Source: an uncultured Clostridia bacterium
GTDB lineage: Bacteria; Bacillota; Clostridia; TANB77; CAG-508
DNA length: 64,000 bases
Direction of reading: 5' to 3'
NCBI GenBank assembly: GCA_944386685.1
Contig: CALXCA010000004.1
Span: 9,410 to 73,409 of the forward strand
Position numbers and translations under genes: made by a program. The notes below the pieces were generated by a model. That model was not told the origin of the DNA. It worked only from the letters and a program-made list of their open reading frames with translations, and made no database searches. Positions within the stretch are counted from its first letter, which is position 1, and every line of letters starts with the position of its first letter. Positions 9,242 to 19,197 of the stretch are shown here, piece after piece.

Positions 9242-10183
9242 ATGGAGAAAAAAGATAGAGCTTCTATCTCAATAATTAAAATTATTGGTGTAAGTCTTAT
9301 AATAATTTTTATATTAGGAGCAACGGCAAAGGCAACAGACTTAAATTTTAGAAGTGTAGAAATTACATTATCTAATGGATATAAAATGACAGTAGTAACA
9401 ACAAAAACAAATGTATACGAAATTTTAGAAGATAATAATATTATAATAGAAGAAGACGAAAGAGTAACTCCTGGAATAGAAGAAGACATTAATGAAAGCA
9501 ATAAAATAGTAATTACAGATAAATCTGTACAAGAAGTACAAATTGCAAAAATTTCAGAAAGTGGAATAGAAACAACACTAGATGAAATATTAAAAGGTTA
9601 CTCACCAATAATAGAAAAGATAGTCGTAGAACAACAAATAATACCATATGAAACAATTACAAAAGATGCAGCACAAGGTGCAACAGATACAAAAAATAAA
9701 GTTATCCAACAAGGAGAAGATGGATTAAAAGAAGTAACATATAAAATTAAATACCAAAATAATGAAGAAATAGAAAGAACAGTTATCTCAGAAAATATAA
9801 TAAAAGAACCAGTAGACAGAATAGTACAAGTACAAAAAAACATAGTAACAACAAACAGAGGTAGTGTAGAAAGAAAAGCAACAACAGGAACTAAAGTTGG
9901 AGAAACAAAAATATTTAAAGTTACAGCATATTGTTCATGTGCTAAATGTTGTGGAAAAACAAATGGAATAACAGCATCAGGAACAAAAGCAACAGCAGGT
10001 AGAACAATTGCAACATCTTCACAATTTTCGTTTGGAACAAAACTAGATATTGGCGGATATACTTATGTAGTAGAAGATAGAGGAGGAGCAATAAAAGGAA
10101 ATAGGATAGATATATATATGAATTCACATGCAGAAGCAATAGCATGGGGAGTAAAATATTTACCTGTAACAGTTGTAGAATAA
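9242..10183 (+). CDS. Cell-wall protein with G5 and C-terminal 3D domains (YabE/Rpf-like)
   Basis: TM anchor; a G5-like segment (VIQQGEDGLKEVTYKI); and a 3D-domain tail KVTAYCSCAKCCGKTNGITASG...VEDRGGAIKGNRIDIY. TTGACA-17-TATAAT lies just upstream. Confidence 0.8.
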   Translation: MEKKDRASISIIKIIGVSLIIIFILGATAKATDLNFRSVEITLSNGYKMTVVTTKTNVYEILEDNNIIIEEDERVTPGIEEDINESNKIVITDKSVQEVQIAKISESGIETTLDEILKGYSPIIEKIVVEQQIIPYETITKDAAQGATDTKNKVIQQGEDGLKEVTYKIKYQNNEEIERTVISENIIKEPVDRIVQVQKNIVTTNRGSVERKATTGTKVGETKIFKVTAYCSCAKCCGKTNGITASGTKATAGRTIATSSQFSFGTKLDIGGYTYVVEDRGGAIKGNRIDIYMNSHAEAIAWGVKYLPVTVVE

Positions 10184-10292
10184 AAGGGGAAATTTAAAAA
10201 ATTTCTCTCTTTTTTTTGTAAAAATAGTGAAATTTTATTAGAAACATGTTATAATAAAATAGCCAAGAAATATGAAAATGCTAGGAGGAAAA

Positions 10293-12101
10293 ATGGGACA
10301 AGAAAACATTAGAAATTTTTGTATTATAGCACATATAGATCATGGTAAATCAACACTTGCAGATAGACTTATAGAAAAAACCGGGGTTTTATCTAAAAGA
10401 GAAATGGAAGAACAAGTGCTAGATAACATGGATATAGAACGCGAAAGAGGAATAACAATAAAATCTCAAGCAGTAAGAATGAAGTATGAAGCAAAAGATG
10501 GAAAACAATATACATTTAACTTAATAGATACACCAGGACATGTAGACTTCAATTACGAAGTATCAAGAAGTTTAGCTGCATGTGATGGTGCAATACTTGT
10601 AGTAGATGCAAGCCAAGGAGTTGAAGCACAAACACTAGCAAATGTATATTTAGCAATAGATAATAATTTAGAGATTTTACCAGTTATAAATAAAATAGAT
10701 TTACCAAATGCAAGACCAGAAGAAGTAAAAAAAGAAATAGAAGATATTATAGGAATTCCCGCAATGGATGCCCCATGTATATCAGCAAAATCAGGACTAA
10801 ATATTGAAGAAGTATTAGAAAGAATAGTAACAGATTTACCAGCACCAAAAGGTGATGAAAATGCAAAAACAAAATGTTTAATATTTGACTCATATTATGA
10901 TAACTATAAAGGAGCAGTTGCTTATATTAGAGTTATGGATGGAAAAGTTAAAGTAGGAGATGAAATAACTTTAATGGCTGTTGGAAAATCATATACAGTA
11001 ACAGAAGTTGGATATTTTGCTCCTGGGCAATATATGCCAACACAAGAAATAAAAGCTGGAGAAGTTGGATATATTTCTGCAAGCATAAAAAGTTTAACAG
11101 ATATACATGTAGGAGACACAATAACACTAAAAAATAATCCTGCAGAAGAAGCACTTCCTGGTTACAAAAAAGTAACACCAATGGTATATTGTGGACTATA
11201 TCCAGTAGATGGAAGTGAATATGAAAATTTAAAAATAGCATTAGAAAAGTTAAAACTAAATGATTCAGCATTAGAATATGAGCCAGAAACATCTGCTGCA
11301 TTAGGATTTGGATTTAGATGTGGATTTTTAGGATTATTACATTTAGAAATTATAGAAGAAAGACTAGATAGAGAATTTGACTTAGGACTAATTACAACAG
11401 CACCATCAGTAATATATAAAGTACATAAAACAACAGGAGAAGTTTTAGACATATATAACCCTACAGATTTACCACCACAAACAGAAATATCATATATGGA
11501 AGAACCAATAGTAACAGCAGATATATTTACACCAAAAGAATATGTTGGAAATATAATGGAAATATGTCAAAATAGAAGAGGCACATTTATAGATATGAAA
11601 TATTTAGACGAAAATAGAGTAACACTAATTTATGACATGCCTTTAAATGAAATAATATATGACTTTTTTGACAGTTTAAAATCAAGAACAAAAGGATATG
11701 CTTCTTTTGATTATGAATTTAAAGAATATAGAAAATCAAATTTAGTAAAATTAGATATACATGTTAATGGAGAGCCTGTAGATGCACTATCTTTTATAGT
11801 ATGTAAAGAAAATGCATATGAAAGAGGCAAAAAGATGGTAGAAAAATTAAAAGAAGTAATACCAAGACATTTATTTGCAATCCCATTACAAGCAGTAGTT
11901 GGAGGAACAATAATTGCAAGAGAAACAATTTCTGCAATGAGAAAAGATGTATTAGCAAAATGTTATGGTGGAGATATAACTAGAAAGAAAAAATTATTAG
12001 AAAAGCAAAAACGTGGTAAAAAGAGAATGAGACAAATTGGAAGCGTAGAAATGCCACAAGAAGCATTTTTATCAGTTTTAAAATTAGATGATGATAAATA
12101 A
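10293..12101 (+). CDS. lepA: Elongation factor 4
   Basis: [15 protein letters not shown] and DTPGHVDF GTPase motifs, and the LepA C-terminal domain. aggagg RBS before MGQENIRNF. Confidence 0.95.
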   Translation: MGQENIRNFCIIAHIDHGKSTLADRLIEKTGVLSKREMEEQVLDNMDIERERGITIKSQAVRMKYEAKDGKQYTFNLIDTPGHVDFNYEVSRSLAACDGAILVVDASQGVEAQTLANVYLAIDNNLEILPVINKIDLPNARPEEVKKEIEDIIGIPAMDAPCISAKSGLNIEEVLERIVTDLPAPKGDENAKTKCLIFDSYYDNYKGAVAYIRVMDGKVKVGDEITLMAVGKSYTVTEVGYFAPGQYMPTQEIKAGEVGYISASIKSLTDIHVGDTITLKNNPAEEALPGYKKVTPMVYCGLYPVDGSEYENLKIALEKLKLNDSALEYEPETSAALGFGFRCGFLGLLHLEIIEERLDREFDLGLITTAPSVIYKVHKTTGEVLDIYNPTDLPPQTEISYMEEPIVTADIFTPKEYVGNIMEICQNRRGTFIDMKYLDENRVTLIYDMPLNEIIYDFFDSLKSRTKGYASFDYEFKEYRKSNLVKLDIHVNGEPVDALSFIVCKENAYERGKKMVEKLKEVIPRHLFAIPLQAVVGGTIIARETISAMRKDVLAKCYGGDITRKKKLLEKQKRGKKRMRQIGSVEMPQEAFLSVLKLDDDK

Positions 12102-12149
12102 GGTTTATAGGTAGAACCTTTATAAAAACCTAAATATATTATATAAGGA
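12102..12149 (+). repeat. Copy A of a conserved roughly 48-nt leader motif
   Basis: ggtttataggtagaacctttataaaaacctaaatatattatataagga, immediately upstream of rlmB. It is nearly identical to 35533-35580. Confidence 0.7.
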
Positions 12150-12163
12150 ATGAAAAACAATAA

Positions 12164-13039
12164 ATGAAAGAAAACACAAAAAAACAACCAAGAAAATTCC
12201 CAAAAGATAATAACAAAAAAAAATATAAAGAAAGCAAAAATATAAACAAAAATAGATTTAATAATATAAATAATCCAGAAATAAATGAAGAAAAAAAATT
12301 TGATGATCAAATAGAAGGAAGAAATTCTGTTTTAGAATTATTAGAAAGTGGAAAAGATATTAATAAACTTTTTGTAACAAAAGGCGAAAAGCATGGCTCT
12401 ATAAACAAAATTTTAGCGATTGCAAAAGAAAGAAAAATAATAATTGTAGAAAAAGATAAAAAACAAATGGACGAAATGGCACAAGAAGAAAATTATCAAG
12501 GAGTAATTGCAATAGTTCCACCATATGAATATGTAGAGATAGAGGACATATTAGAATATGCAAAACAAAAACAAGAAGATCCATTTATATTAATTTTAGA
12601 TGGAATTGAAGATCCAGGTAATTTAGGATCAATAATAAGAACAGCAGAAACTGCAGGAGTACATGGAATTATTATTCCAAAAAGAAGAGCAGCATCTGTT
12701 AATAGTACAGTAAATAAAGTTTCTGCAGGTGCAGTAGAATATATGAATATTGCAAGAGTAACAAATATATCTGATGCAATAGAAAAATTAAAACAAAATG
12801 GATTATGGATATGTGGAACATCAATAGATGCAAATAAATACTATTATAATCAAGACTTAACAGGACCATTAGCAATAGTTATAGGAAACGAAGGAAAAGG
12901 AATTGGAGAAAAAGTTAAGAATAATTGTGATTTTCTTGTTAAAATACCAATGAAAGGAAAAATAGGTTCTTTGAATGCAGGAGTTTCAACAGGAATTATA
13001 GTATATGAGGCTGTAAAACAAAGAATTAGAAAGGATTAG
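12164..13039 (+). CDS. rlmB: 23S rRNA (guanosine-2'-O)-methyltransferase, SpoU/TrmH family (RlmB-like), with a K/N-rich N-terminal extension
   Basis: SpoU motifs: LDGIEDPGNLGSIIRTA, IVIGNEGKGI and GSLNAGVSTGI. Confidence 0.85.
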   Translation: MKENTKKQPRKFPKDNNKKKYKESKNINKNRFNNINNPEINEEKKFDDQIEGRNSVLELLESGKDINKLFVTKGEKHGSINKILAIAKERKIIIVEKDKKQMDEMAQEENYQGVIAIVPPYEYVEIEDILEYAKQKQEDPFILILDGIEDPGNLGSIIRTAETAGVHGIIIPKRRAASVNSTVNKVSAGAVEYMNIARVTNISDAIEKLKQNGLWICGTSIDANKYYYNQDLTGPLAIVIGNEGKGIGEKVKNNCDFLVKIPMKGKIGSLNAGVSTGIIVYEAVKQRIRKD

Positions 13040-13042
13040 TAT

Positions 13043-14851
13043 ATGAGAAGTGTAAGTAAAAAAGTTGCAATAATTGTTATTTTAATTGTGTTAATTTTAG
13101 GAATATGTGGAGGAGTATTTGCATATTTGTTTTTAGCAACAGACACATTTAAAGATGAACAAGAACTATTTTTTAATTACTTTTCACAAGATTTAGAAAA
13201 AACAAAAGAATTATTAAAACTTAAAACCATAGAAAATTATCAAACATTAAAAAGTAATGCAACATATGAAGAAAACAATACAATTAATGTAAAATATGCC
13301 CAAGGAGGAGAAATTTCTAATCCATATAATAATTTAAGTATAAGTTTAAAAAATCAAAAAGATAATGATTATAATTACAAAGACTTTAAAATACTATTTG
13401 AAGAACAAAGTGCAATTCAAATAGAAGCAATAAAAAAAGCAGATACATATGGAATTAGATTTTCAAATTTACTTAAACAATTTGTAACTCTATTAAATGG
13501 TGAGAGAATAGATGGATTAGATATTGATGATGAAACTTTAGTAAAAATGAAAGCAATAATTGAAGATGATAGTAGTTATTTTCAAAATATGATTATTTCT
13601 AGCCAAGAGTTACAAAATTTAGAAAACAAATATTTAACAGTAATAACACAATCATTAAAACAAGGCGTATTTTCAAAACAAGCAAATGTAGTAACAACAA
13701 TTGGAACTGAAAATATTGAAACAAATACATATAGTGTTGACTTAACAGCATATCAATTTCAAAATCTATTAATTGAATTATTAAATAACTTAAAAATTGA
13801 TGAAATAATTATGGGAAAAATAGAAGAAATATCAGGAAGCTCTCAAAACTTTGTAAACACAATAGATAATTTAATTAGACAAGTTGAGGATAAAGATTAT
13901 AAACCTGTAAAAATAACATTATATGTAAATTCAGGAAATACAGTAAAAACAGAGTTAAAATCAGATGATTTTACTATAAATATAGAAAGTAATTCTGATA
14001 ATGGGAATGGAAGTACAAAAATAGAATATACAAATTCTGATGGAGAATCAAAAATTTTTACAATTACAAAACAATTATCAGAATATCAAGAAAATTTTGA
14101 TATAATTTATAGTGTAAAAACAAATGAAGAAGAATATGAATATAGTATAACATTAGAAAGCAATTTTGAAAGGACAGATATTGCATTTGGATATAAAAAA
14201 GATATAACAGAAATAGTAATATCACTAGAAAATGATATAACTACAAATGTTGGAGAACAAATAGAATTAACAACAGAAAATAGTATTAATTTAAATGAAA
14301 CAGTAGAACCAAATTTAAGTGTAACTTTAAATGTATTAAATGTACAAGTACCAGAAAAACTAAAATCTAGATATGATTTATTAATTCAAAAATTACAAGC
14401 TCAGGAATTTTTAGATATGGTAAAGGAAAAATATAATATATTTTTCGGAGAAGAGGTAGAAGAAGAACCTACAGAACCAGAAGAACAAGAGCCAAATTTA
14501 ACAGGTGAAGAAGAACCTACTAGTGAAGCAGATGATTTAACAACAGCAGAAGTAAACAGATTTAACGCTATGTTTGAATTTTATTCAGGAACAGGAATAT
14601 CTGGAAAGAATGTAAAACAATTGTTAGAAATAACAAAAGAACATTTAGAAAGTGTTAATATAGAAGTACTTCCAGAAGAAAATAATAAAGAGGAAATAAC
14701 ATTAAATATAAAATTAAATACACCAAATTCTGAATTAGCAGATAGTATTATAGAAAAAATAGATGATCAAAAAACATATATTGTAAATATGACATTTAGC
14801 GAAACAAATAATATATTACAAACAATAACAATAAAACAAGAAAATAATTAA
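13043..14851 (+). CDS. Hypothetical membrane-anchored protein, 602 aa, with an acidic E/P-rich linker
   Basis: Single N-terminal TM (VAIIVILIVLILGICGGVFAYLFL). No recognised domain. Its start codon lies 1 nt after the rlmB stop. Confidence 0.6.
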   Translation: MRSVSKKVAIIVILIVLILGICGGVFAYLFLATDTFKDEQELFFNYFSQDLEKTKELLKLKTIENYQTLKSNATYEENNTINVKYAQGGEISNPYNNLSISLKNQKDNDYNYKDFKILFEEQSAIQIEAIKKADTYGIRFSNLLKQFVTLLNGERIDGLDIDDETLVKMKAIIEDDSSYFQNMIISSQELQNLENKYLTVITQSLKQGVFSKQANVVTTIGTENIETNTYSVDLTAYQFQNLLIELLNNLKIDEIIMGKIEEISGSSQNFVNTIDNLIRQVEDKDYKPVKITLYVNSGNTVKTELKSDDFTINIESNSDNGNGSTKIEYTNSDGESKIFTITKQLSEYQENFDIIYSVKTNEEEYEYSITLESNFERTDIAFGYKKDITEIVISLENDITTNVGEQIELTTENSINLNETVEPNLSVTLNVLNVQVPEKLKSRYDLLIQKLQAQEFLDMVKEKYNIFFGEEVEEEPTEPEEQEPNLTGEEEPTSEADDLTTAEVNRFNAMFEFYSGTGISGKNVKQLLEITKEHLESVNIEVLPEENNKEEITLNIKLNTPNSELADSIIEKIDDQKTYIVNMTFSETNNILQTITIKQENN

Positions 14852-14876
14852 TAAATCATAAGAAAGGAAGTGTCAA

Positions 14877-15617
14877 ATGAATCAAATATTAGTTACCGAA
14901 AAAGTTTATGTAACACCAGAGCTAAAGAGAAAGAAAAAAGTATATAAAGGGTTATTTATGATTTCATTATTCAGTTTAATTTGTTTGACATCAATTTGCA
15001 TTTATGCAGCATATGATAGAAACAAAGAATCAGAAATATCAAATGAAATTGTAGAAAACATGTTTGCAGATACAACTGTTATTAGTCAAGAAGAAAATGC
15101 TTTAGTTGTAAAAATAACACAAGATTTTACTGAAAATGCAATAGAAAATCCAGTAGAAGAGGAAGAAGTTGAAGAAGAAAGCACTAATGTTCAGCAATCA
15201 TCAACATATACAGCATCTGATGGAACACAATATAATTATATTGGCAGAATAGTTATTCCTAAAATAAATGTAGATTATGCTATATTTGACCATTGGACAT
15301 ATGATTTATTAACTAAATCAATTTGTAAATTTCATGGAGGAAATCCAAATGAAGATGGCAATTTATGTTTAATAGGACATAACTGGAGAAATAAAAGATT
15401 TTTTAGTAAAGTTCCAACATTAGAAAATGGAGATATTATCCAAATAACAGATTTGAGTGGAAGAACAGTAGAATATGAAGTATATGATAAACATCAGGTT
15501 GATTATAAAGATGTTTCTGATACAACACAAGAGGTAGAGGGAAGAGAAGTTACATTAATAACATGTACAGATGATAGTAAACACAGAGTAGTAGTAAGAT
15601 GTAGAGAAAAGAAGTAA
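14877..15617 (+). CDS. Sortase family transpeptidase
   Basis: N-terminal TM; catalytic His in LIGHNW; TLITC Cys motif; and a downstream Arg (VVVRC). Confidence 0.8.
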   Translation: MNQILVTEKVYVTPELKRKKKVYKGLFMISLFSLICLTSICIYAAYDRNKESEISNEIVENMFADTTVISQEENALVVKITQDFTENAIENPVEEEEVEEESTNVQQSSTYTASDGTQYNYIGRIVIPKINVDYAIFDHWTYDLLTKSICKFHGGNPNEDGNLCLIGHNWRNKRFFSKVPTLENGDIIQITDLSGRTVEYEVYDKHQVDYKDVSDTTQEVEGREVTLITCTDDSKHRVVVRCREKK

Positions 15618-15790
15618 TAATAGTTAATGATATCCTTTTATATTTAATATAATTTTAAATTTTTTAATCCCTTTTAATAATATTTTAGATTAGGAGGGAT
15701 TTTTATTTATACAAAAAGAAATTTATAATTTTTTATTGTAAATGTAGCAAAAATATTATTGATCCATAAAATATATAAAAGGAGGAACTT

Positions 15791-16471
15791 ATGGCAAAAA
15801 TTTTAGTATTTAATCAAGATAGAAATAGGATGGAAACATATTACAGAGGAGAAAATGAATCTATGCCATATAATACAAATGGAACTCTTAAAGTTAGAGA
15901 ATTTAGAGGATCTAGCAAAAGTAATATATTATGGACAGATAAAAGAACGATGCAGGCATGGAATAGTCAAAGATATATTTATGGTGCTCCAATATATGTA
16001 GGCTTTGCATTTAAAAGACCTTATGAAGGAGGACATGGAAACCAAAGTCAACATTATGCAGGAACGGCATTTGATGTTGGGCAAACATTAACTAATGCTC
16101 AGAGAACAGTATTAAGAAATAGTGCTAGAAGCTCTGGATTGTGGTCATATGTAGAACCAGTGTCATTATCTCCTACTTGGGTGCATTTTGATAAAAGATT
16201 TGGAAATCCTGCATGTTCTACAGGTGGATATCCAGTAATAAGGCAAGGTTCAAGAGGAAATTATGTATGTGTAGCACAAGATGATTTAAATACTCTAGGA
16301 TATCCAACAGGTGGATTAGATGGTGTTTTTGGTGGACAGACATTTACATCTGTAAAAAAATATCAACAATCAAGAGGATTGGCTGTAGATGGAATAATTG
16401 GTTGCAATACATGGAGAGCATTGCAAGAAGAAGTAGTAGGAACAGGAGCTACAAGCACAACTATAAATTAG
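15791..16471 (+). CDS. M15-type zinc peptidase domain fused to a peptidoglycan-binding (PG_binding_1-like) domain; no signal peptide seen
   Basis: SQHYAGTAFDV and WVHFD resemble the M15 H-x6-D / H-x-D zinc ligands. The C-terminal LGYPTGGLDGVFGGQTFTSVKKYQQSRGLAVDGIIGCNTWRAL is a PG-binding repeat. The gene is visibly G+C-richer. Confidence 0.65.
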   Translation: MAKILVFNQDRNRMETYYRGENESMPYNTNGTLKVREFRGSSKSNILWTDKRTMQAWNSQRYIYGAPIYVGFAFKRPYEGGHGNQSQHYAGTAFDVGQTLTNAQRTVLRNSARSSGLWSYVEPVSLSPTWVHFDKRFGNPACSTGGYPVIRQGSRGNYVCVAQDDLNTLGYPTGGLDGVFGGQTFTSVKKYQQSRGLAVDGIIGCNTWRALQEEVVGTGATSTTIN

Positions 16472-16654
16472 TGTTATAGATAATTTCATAAAAAACTTTT
16501 AAATCTATTATAGAGAAACTTTTTAAATATGTATTATAGCAAATTTCAGTGTATTAAAGATTATAAACAAATAATTATTGCATAATATCAATTGAAATAG
16601 CAGTAAAAACGTGATATTATATAGTGGAATAAAATATAAAGGAATAGGCATTAT

Positions 16655-17011
16655 ATGAAAGAACAAAAAGAATTATTAGAATTATTAAATAGGCAAAGTA
16701 CAGTAGATGATGTACAAGAATATATTAGAAAAGTTATTACATTAAGAGGTTTTGCAAATCAAAGAGTTCAAGACAAAATGTTATTATTGCTAGAAGAAAC
16801 AGGCGAACTTGCAAAAGCTATTAGAAAAACATTACCAGAAGCCTCAATAGATTATAACAAAATAGAAAATTACACTAATATAGAAGAAGAAATTGCAGAT
16901 GTTTTTATAGTTTTGACTTCTATTTGTAATGAATTAAATATTAATTTATATGATGCAATTATAAATAAAGAGAAAAATAATGTAGAAAGAGAATGGAAAA
17001 TAATAAAATGA
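16655..17011 (+). CDS. MazG-like nucleotide pyrophosphohydrolase (small, single domain)
   Basis: LLEETGELAKAIRK and EEEIADVFIVL match the EExxE/ExxD helices of the MazG family. Confidence 0.7.
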   Translation: MKEQKELLELLNRQSTVDDVQEYIRKVITLRGFANQRVQDKMLLLLEETGELAKAIRKTLPEASIDYNKIENYTNIEEEIADVFIVLTSICNELNINLYDAIINKEKNNVEREWKIIK

Positions 17012-17108
17012 ATGATTTACAATCTCTGTATTTATTGTGGGCAACTATTTTGAATCAATCTCAAAGTGCAGAACAAGTATTATTAACTACTTCAAGAAAT
17101 ATTATTAA

Positions 17109-17150
17109 GTGGCTTGAACGAGAATCAAACTCGTGTCTTGGAACTGAAAA
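17109..17150 (-). other. Degenerate tRNA 3'-half remnant (acceptor 3' strand plus T-arm)
   Basis: gtggcttgaa is identical to the tRNA-Phe 3' end. The T-stem differs at three pairs but stays fully paired (acgag/ctcgt versus agtgg/ccact). The T-loop is degenerate and there is no 5' half. Confidence 0.5.
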
Positions 17151-17210
17151 AAAAATTAAATTTTTTAGATGTTCTTAAAAAATTTAATTTTTTTGATGCA
17201 AATTATTGCT

Positions 17211-17286
17211 TGGTGGCTTGAAGTGGAATCGAACCACTGACACAGGGATTTTCAGTCCCTTGCTCTACCGACTGAGCTATCAAGCC
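17211..17286 (-). tRNA. tRNA-Phe (anticodon GAA)
   Basis: I folded the cloverleaf by hand. Acceptor ggcttga/tcaagcc, anticodon loop ctGAAaa, T-loop ttcgatt, encoded CCA. Confidence 0.95.
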
Positions 17287-17332
17287 ATTTATTATATTAG
17301 GATATGTTTATTGGACATATCCTAATTATTTT

Positions 17333-17409
17333 TGGCGACCTGGAACGGGCTCGAACCGTCGACCTCTAGCGTGACAGGCTAGCGTTCTAACCAACTGAAC
17401 TACCAGGCC
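17333..17409 (-). tRNA. tRNA-Asp (anticodon GTC)
   Basis: Acceptor ggcctgg/ccaggtc, anticodon loop ctGTCac, T-loop ttcgagc, encoded CCA. Confidence 0.95.
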
Positions 17410-17417
17410 ATAAAGTA

Positions 17418-17493
17418 TGGTGGTCGCTATAGGGCTCGAACCTATGACCCTCTGCTTGTAAGGCAGATGCTCTCCCAGCTGAGCTAAGCGACC
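17418..17493 (-). tRNA. tRNA-Val (anticodon TAC)
   Basis: Acceptor ggtcgct/agcgacc, anticodon loop ctTACaa, T-loop ttcgagc, encoded CCA. Confidence 0.95.
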
Positions 17494-17801
17494 ATTTCTT
17501 TCGACAATGATAAGTATACTATGTTTTAAAATAAAAGTCAATAGTTTTTTTGAAAATTTTTCATATTTTTTTTACAATATAAAAATTTTACTTTACTATT
17601 GTAAAAAAGATTACTAATACTAGCCTTTTGAAAATCTAATCTTTCAGTAGAAAACTCGAATTGATCGAGAATAAATTAAATATATTATAAATAAGAAACA
17701 TATTTTACAAACAAAATTAATAAATATTAAACAATATTATATAATGAGAAATAAAAAAATTTTCTCTTAAGTAATTTGATATTATGAAAGGAATAGAAAA
17801 A

Positions 17802-18407
17802 ATGAAAAAAAAATATTGGTTAATATTATTAATTTTAATAATAATTATTGTAATTGGATTAATTTTTTTTAGAAAAAGTGTTAAAAATAACAATATTGGT
17901 AATAATAAAAATAGTCAAGAAATTGTAGATTATATTTTAAATCTTAGTTCATATGAAACCCAAATAACAGTAACAGTTACAAGTAATAAAAACACAAATA
18001 AATATATTATAAAACAAAATTTCCAAGACTCTAATAAAAATATTCAAGAAGTAATTGAGCCAAGTAATATGGCAGGAGTAAAAATTGAAAATGATGGAAC
18101 AAACTTAAAAGTTGAAAATACTAGGTTAAATGTAAGTAAAATATTGGAGAATTATAGTTGCCTTGGAGATAATTGTTTGGATTTATCAACATTTTTAAAA
18201 GATTATAAAGAAAATAATAAATCATATTTCGAAGAAAATGATAAAGAAATAATTATGAATACAGTAAGCAATATAGAAAACATATACATGCAAGAAAAAA
18301 CACTACATATAGATAAAGTTACAGCAAAACCTACACAAATGGTAATAAAAGACAATAAACAAAAAACAACAATTTACATATTATATAATGAGGTAAAGAT
18401 TAATTAA
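17802..18407 (+). CDS. Hypothetical membrane-anchored protein, about 201 aa
   Basis: MKKKYWLILLILIIIIVIGLIFF anchor after an aaagga RBS. No recognised motif. Confidence 0.55.
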   Translation: MKKKYWLILLILIIIIVIGLIFFRKSVKNNNIGNNKNSQEIVDYILNLSSYETQITVTVTSNKNTNKYIIKQNFQDSNKNIQEVIEPSNMAGVKIENDGTNLKVENTRLNVSKILENYSCLGDNCLDLSTFLKDYKENNKSYFEENDKEIIMNTVSNIENIYMQEKTLHIDKVTAKPTQMVIKDNKQKTTIYILYNEVKIN

Positions 18408-18499
18408 TATGTAAATTATATCAAATCTTTACTTTGAACTTAGAAATAAAAAATACGAATATACAAACTTGATATATAGTAATTTAAGGAGTGAAGAAA

Positions 18500-18847
18500 A
18501 TGATAGTAAAAAGAGGAGATATGTTTTATGCAGATTTAAGTCCAGTTGTAGGTTCAGAGCAAGGAGGAATTAGACCAGTTATTATTATACAAAATGATTT
18601 AGGTAATAAATATAGCCCAACTGTAATTACTGCAGCAATAACTTCTCAAACTAATAAAACAAAATTACCAACACATATAGAAATTGGAGAAAATACAAGT
18701 GGACTTAAAAGCAATTCTGTTGTTTTAACAGAACAAATACGTACAATAGATAAAAGTAGATTAAAAGAAAAGATAGGTCATATAGATGATGCAAATATAT
18801 TAAATAAATTAAATGATGCCCTAGAAGTTAGTTTCGGATTAGAGTAA
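18500..18847 (+). CDS. mazF: MazF/PemK/NdoA-type endoribonuclease toxin
   Basis: MIVKRGDMFYADLSPVVGSEQGGIRPVIIIQNDLGNKYSPTVI...KLPTHIEI is close to the Bacillus NdoA/MazF pattern. aaggag sits 8 nt upstream of ATG 18500. Confidence 0.85.
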   Translation: MIVKRGDMFYADLSPVVGSEQGGIRPVIIIQNDLGNKYSPTVITAAITSQTNKTKLPTHIEIGENTSGLKSNSVVLTEQIRTIDKSRLKEKIGHIDDANILNKLNDALEVSFGLE

Positions 18848-19197
18848 ATATAAAATATAAATTATTATAATTTATAAAAAATAATTGATAAGTACAAAAT
18901 ATTAATTCTTGAAAAAATAATTAAACAGTATAAAAAAGATTTTGAATAATTTCTTTTTATTTAAATAGACAATATATTTAGATAGACTACTAAAAATTTA
19001 AAATGTAGTATAACAATAATATAATTAATATGTTTTTATAAATATAGAAAAATAAATAAACTACAGAAAATAAATACGTGTTAAATATCATTATAAAAAT
19101 TAATATTACTTTGCAACAAAAAAATAAATAAAGTACTTGATTTTTTTTATAGAAACCAATATAATGTCAATATAAATAAAAAGAGGTGTGATTTCAA

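Noticed and set aside
16993-17178. A 61-aa ORF overlapping the end of the MazG-like gene.
   Set aside because: It has no RBS. It spans the tRNA 3'-half relic and an AT hairpin terminator (about 17147-17195). The region is better explained as non-coding.
17326-17541. A 71-aa ORF on the minus strand.
   Set aside because: It runs straight through the tRNA-Asp and tRNA-Val genes, so it is an artefact of open frames in structured RNA genes.
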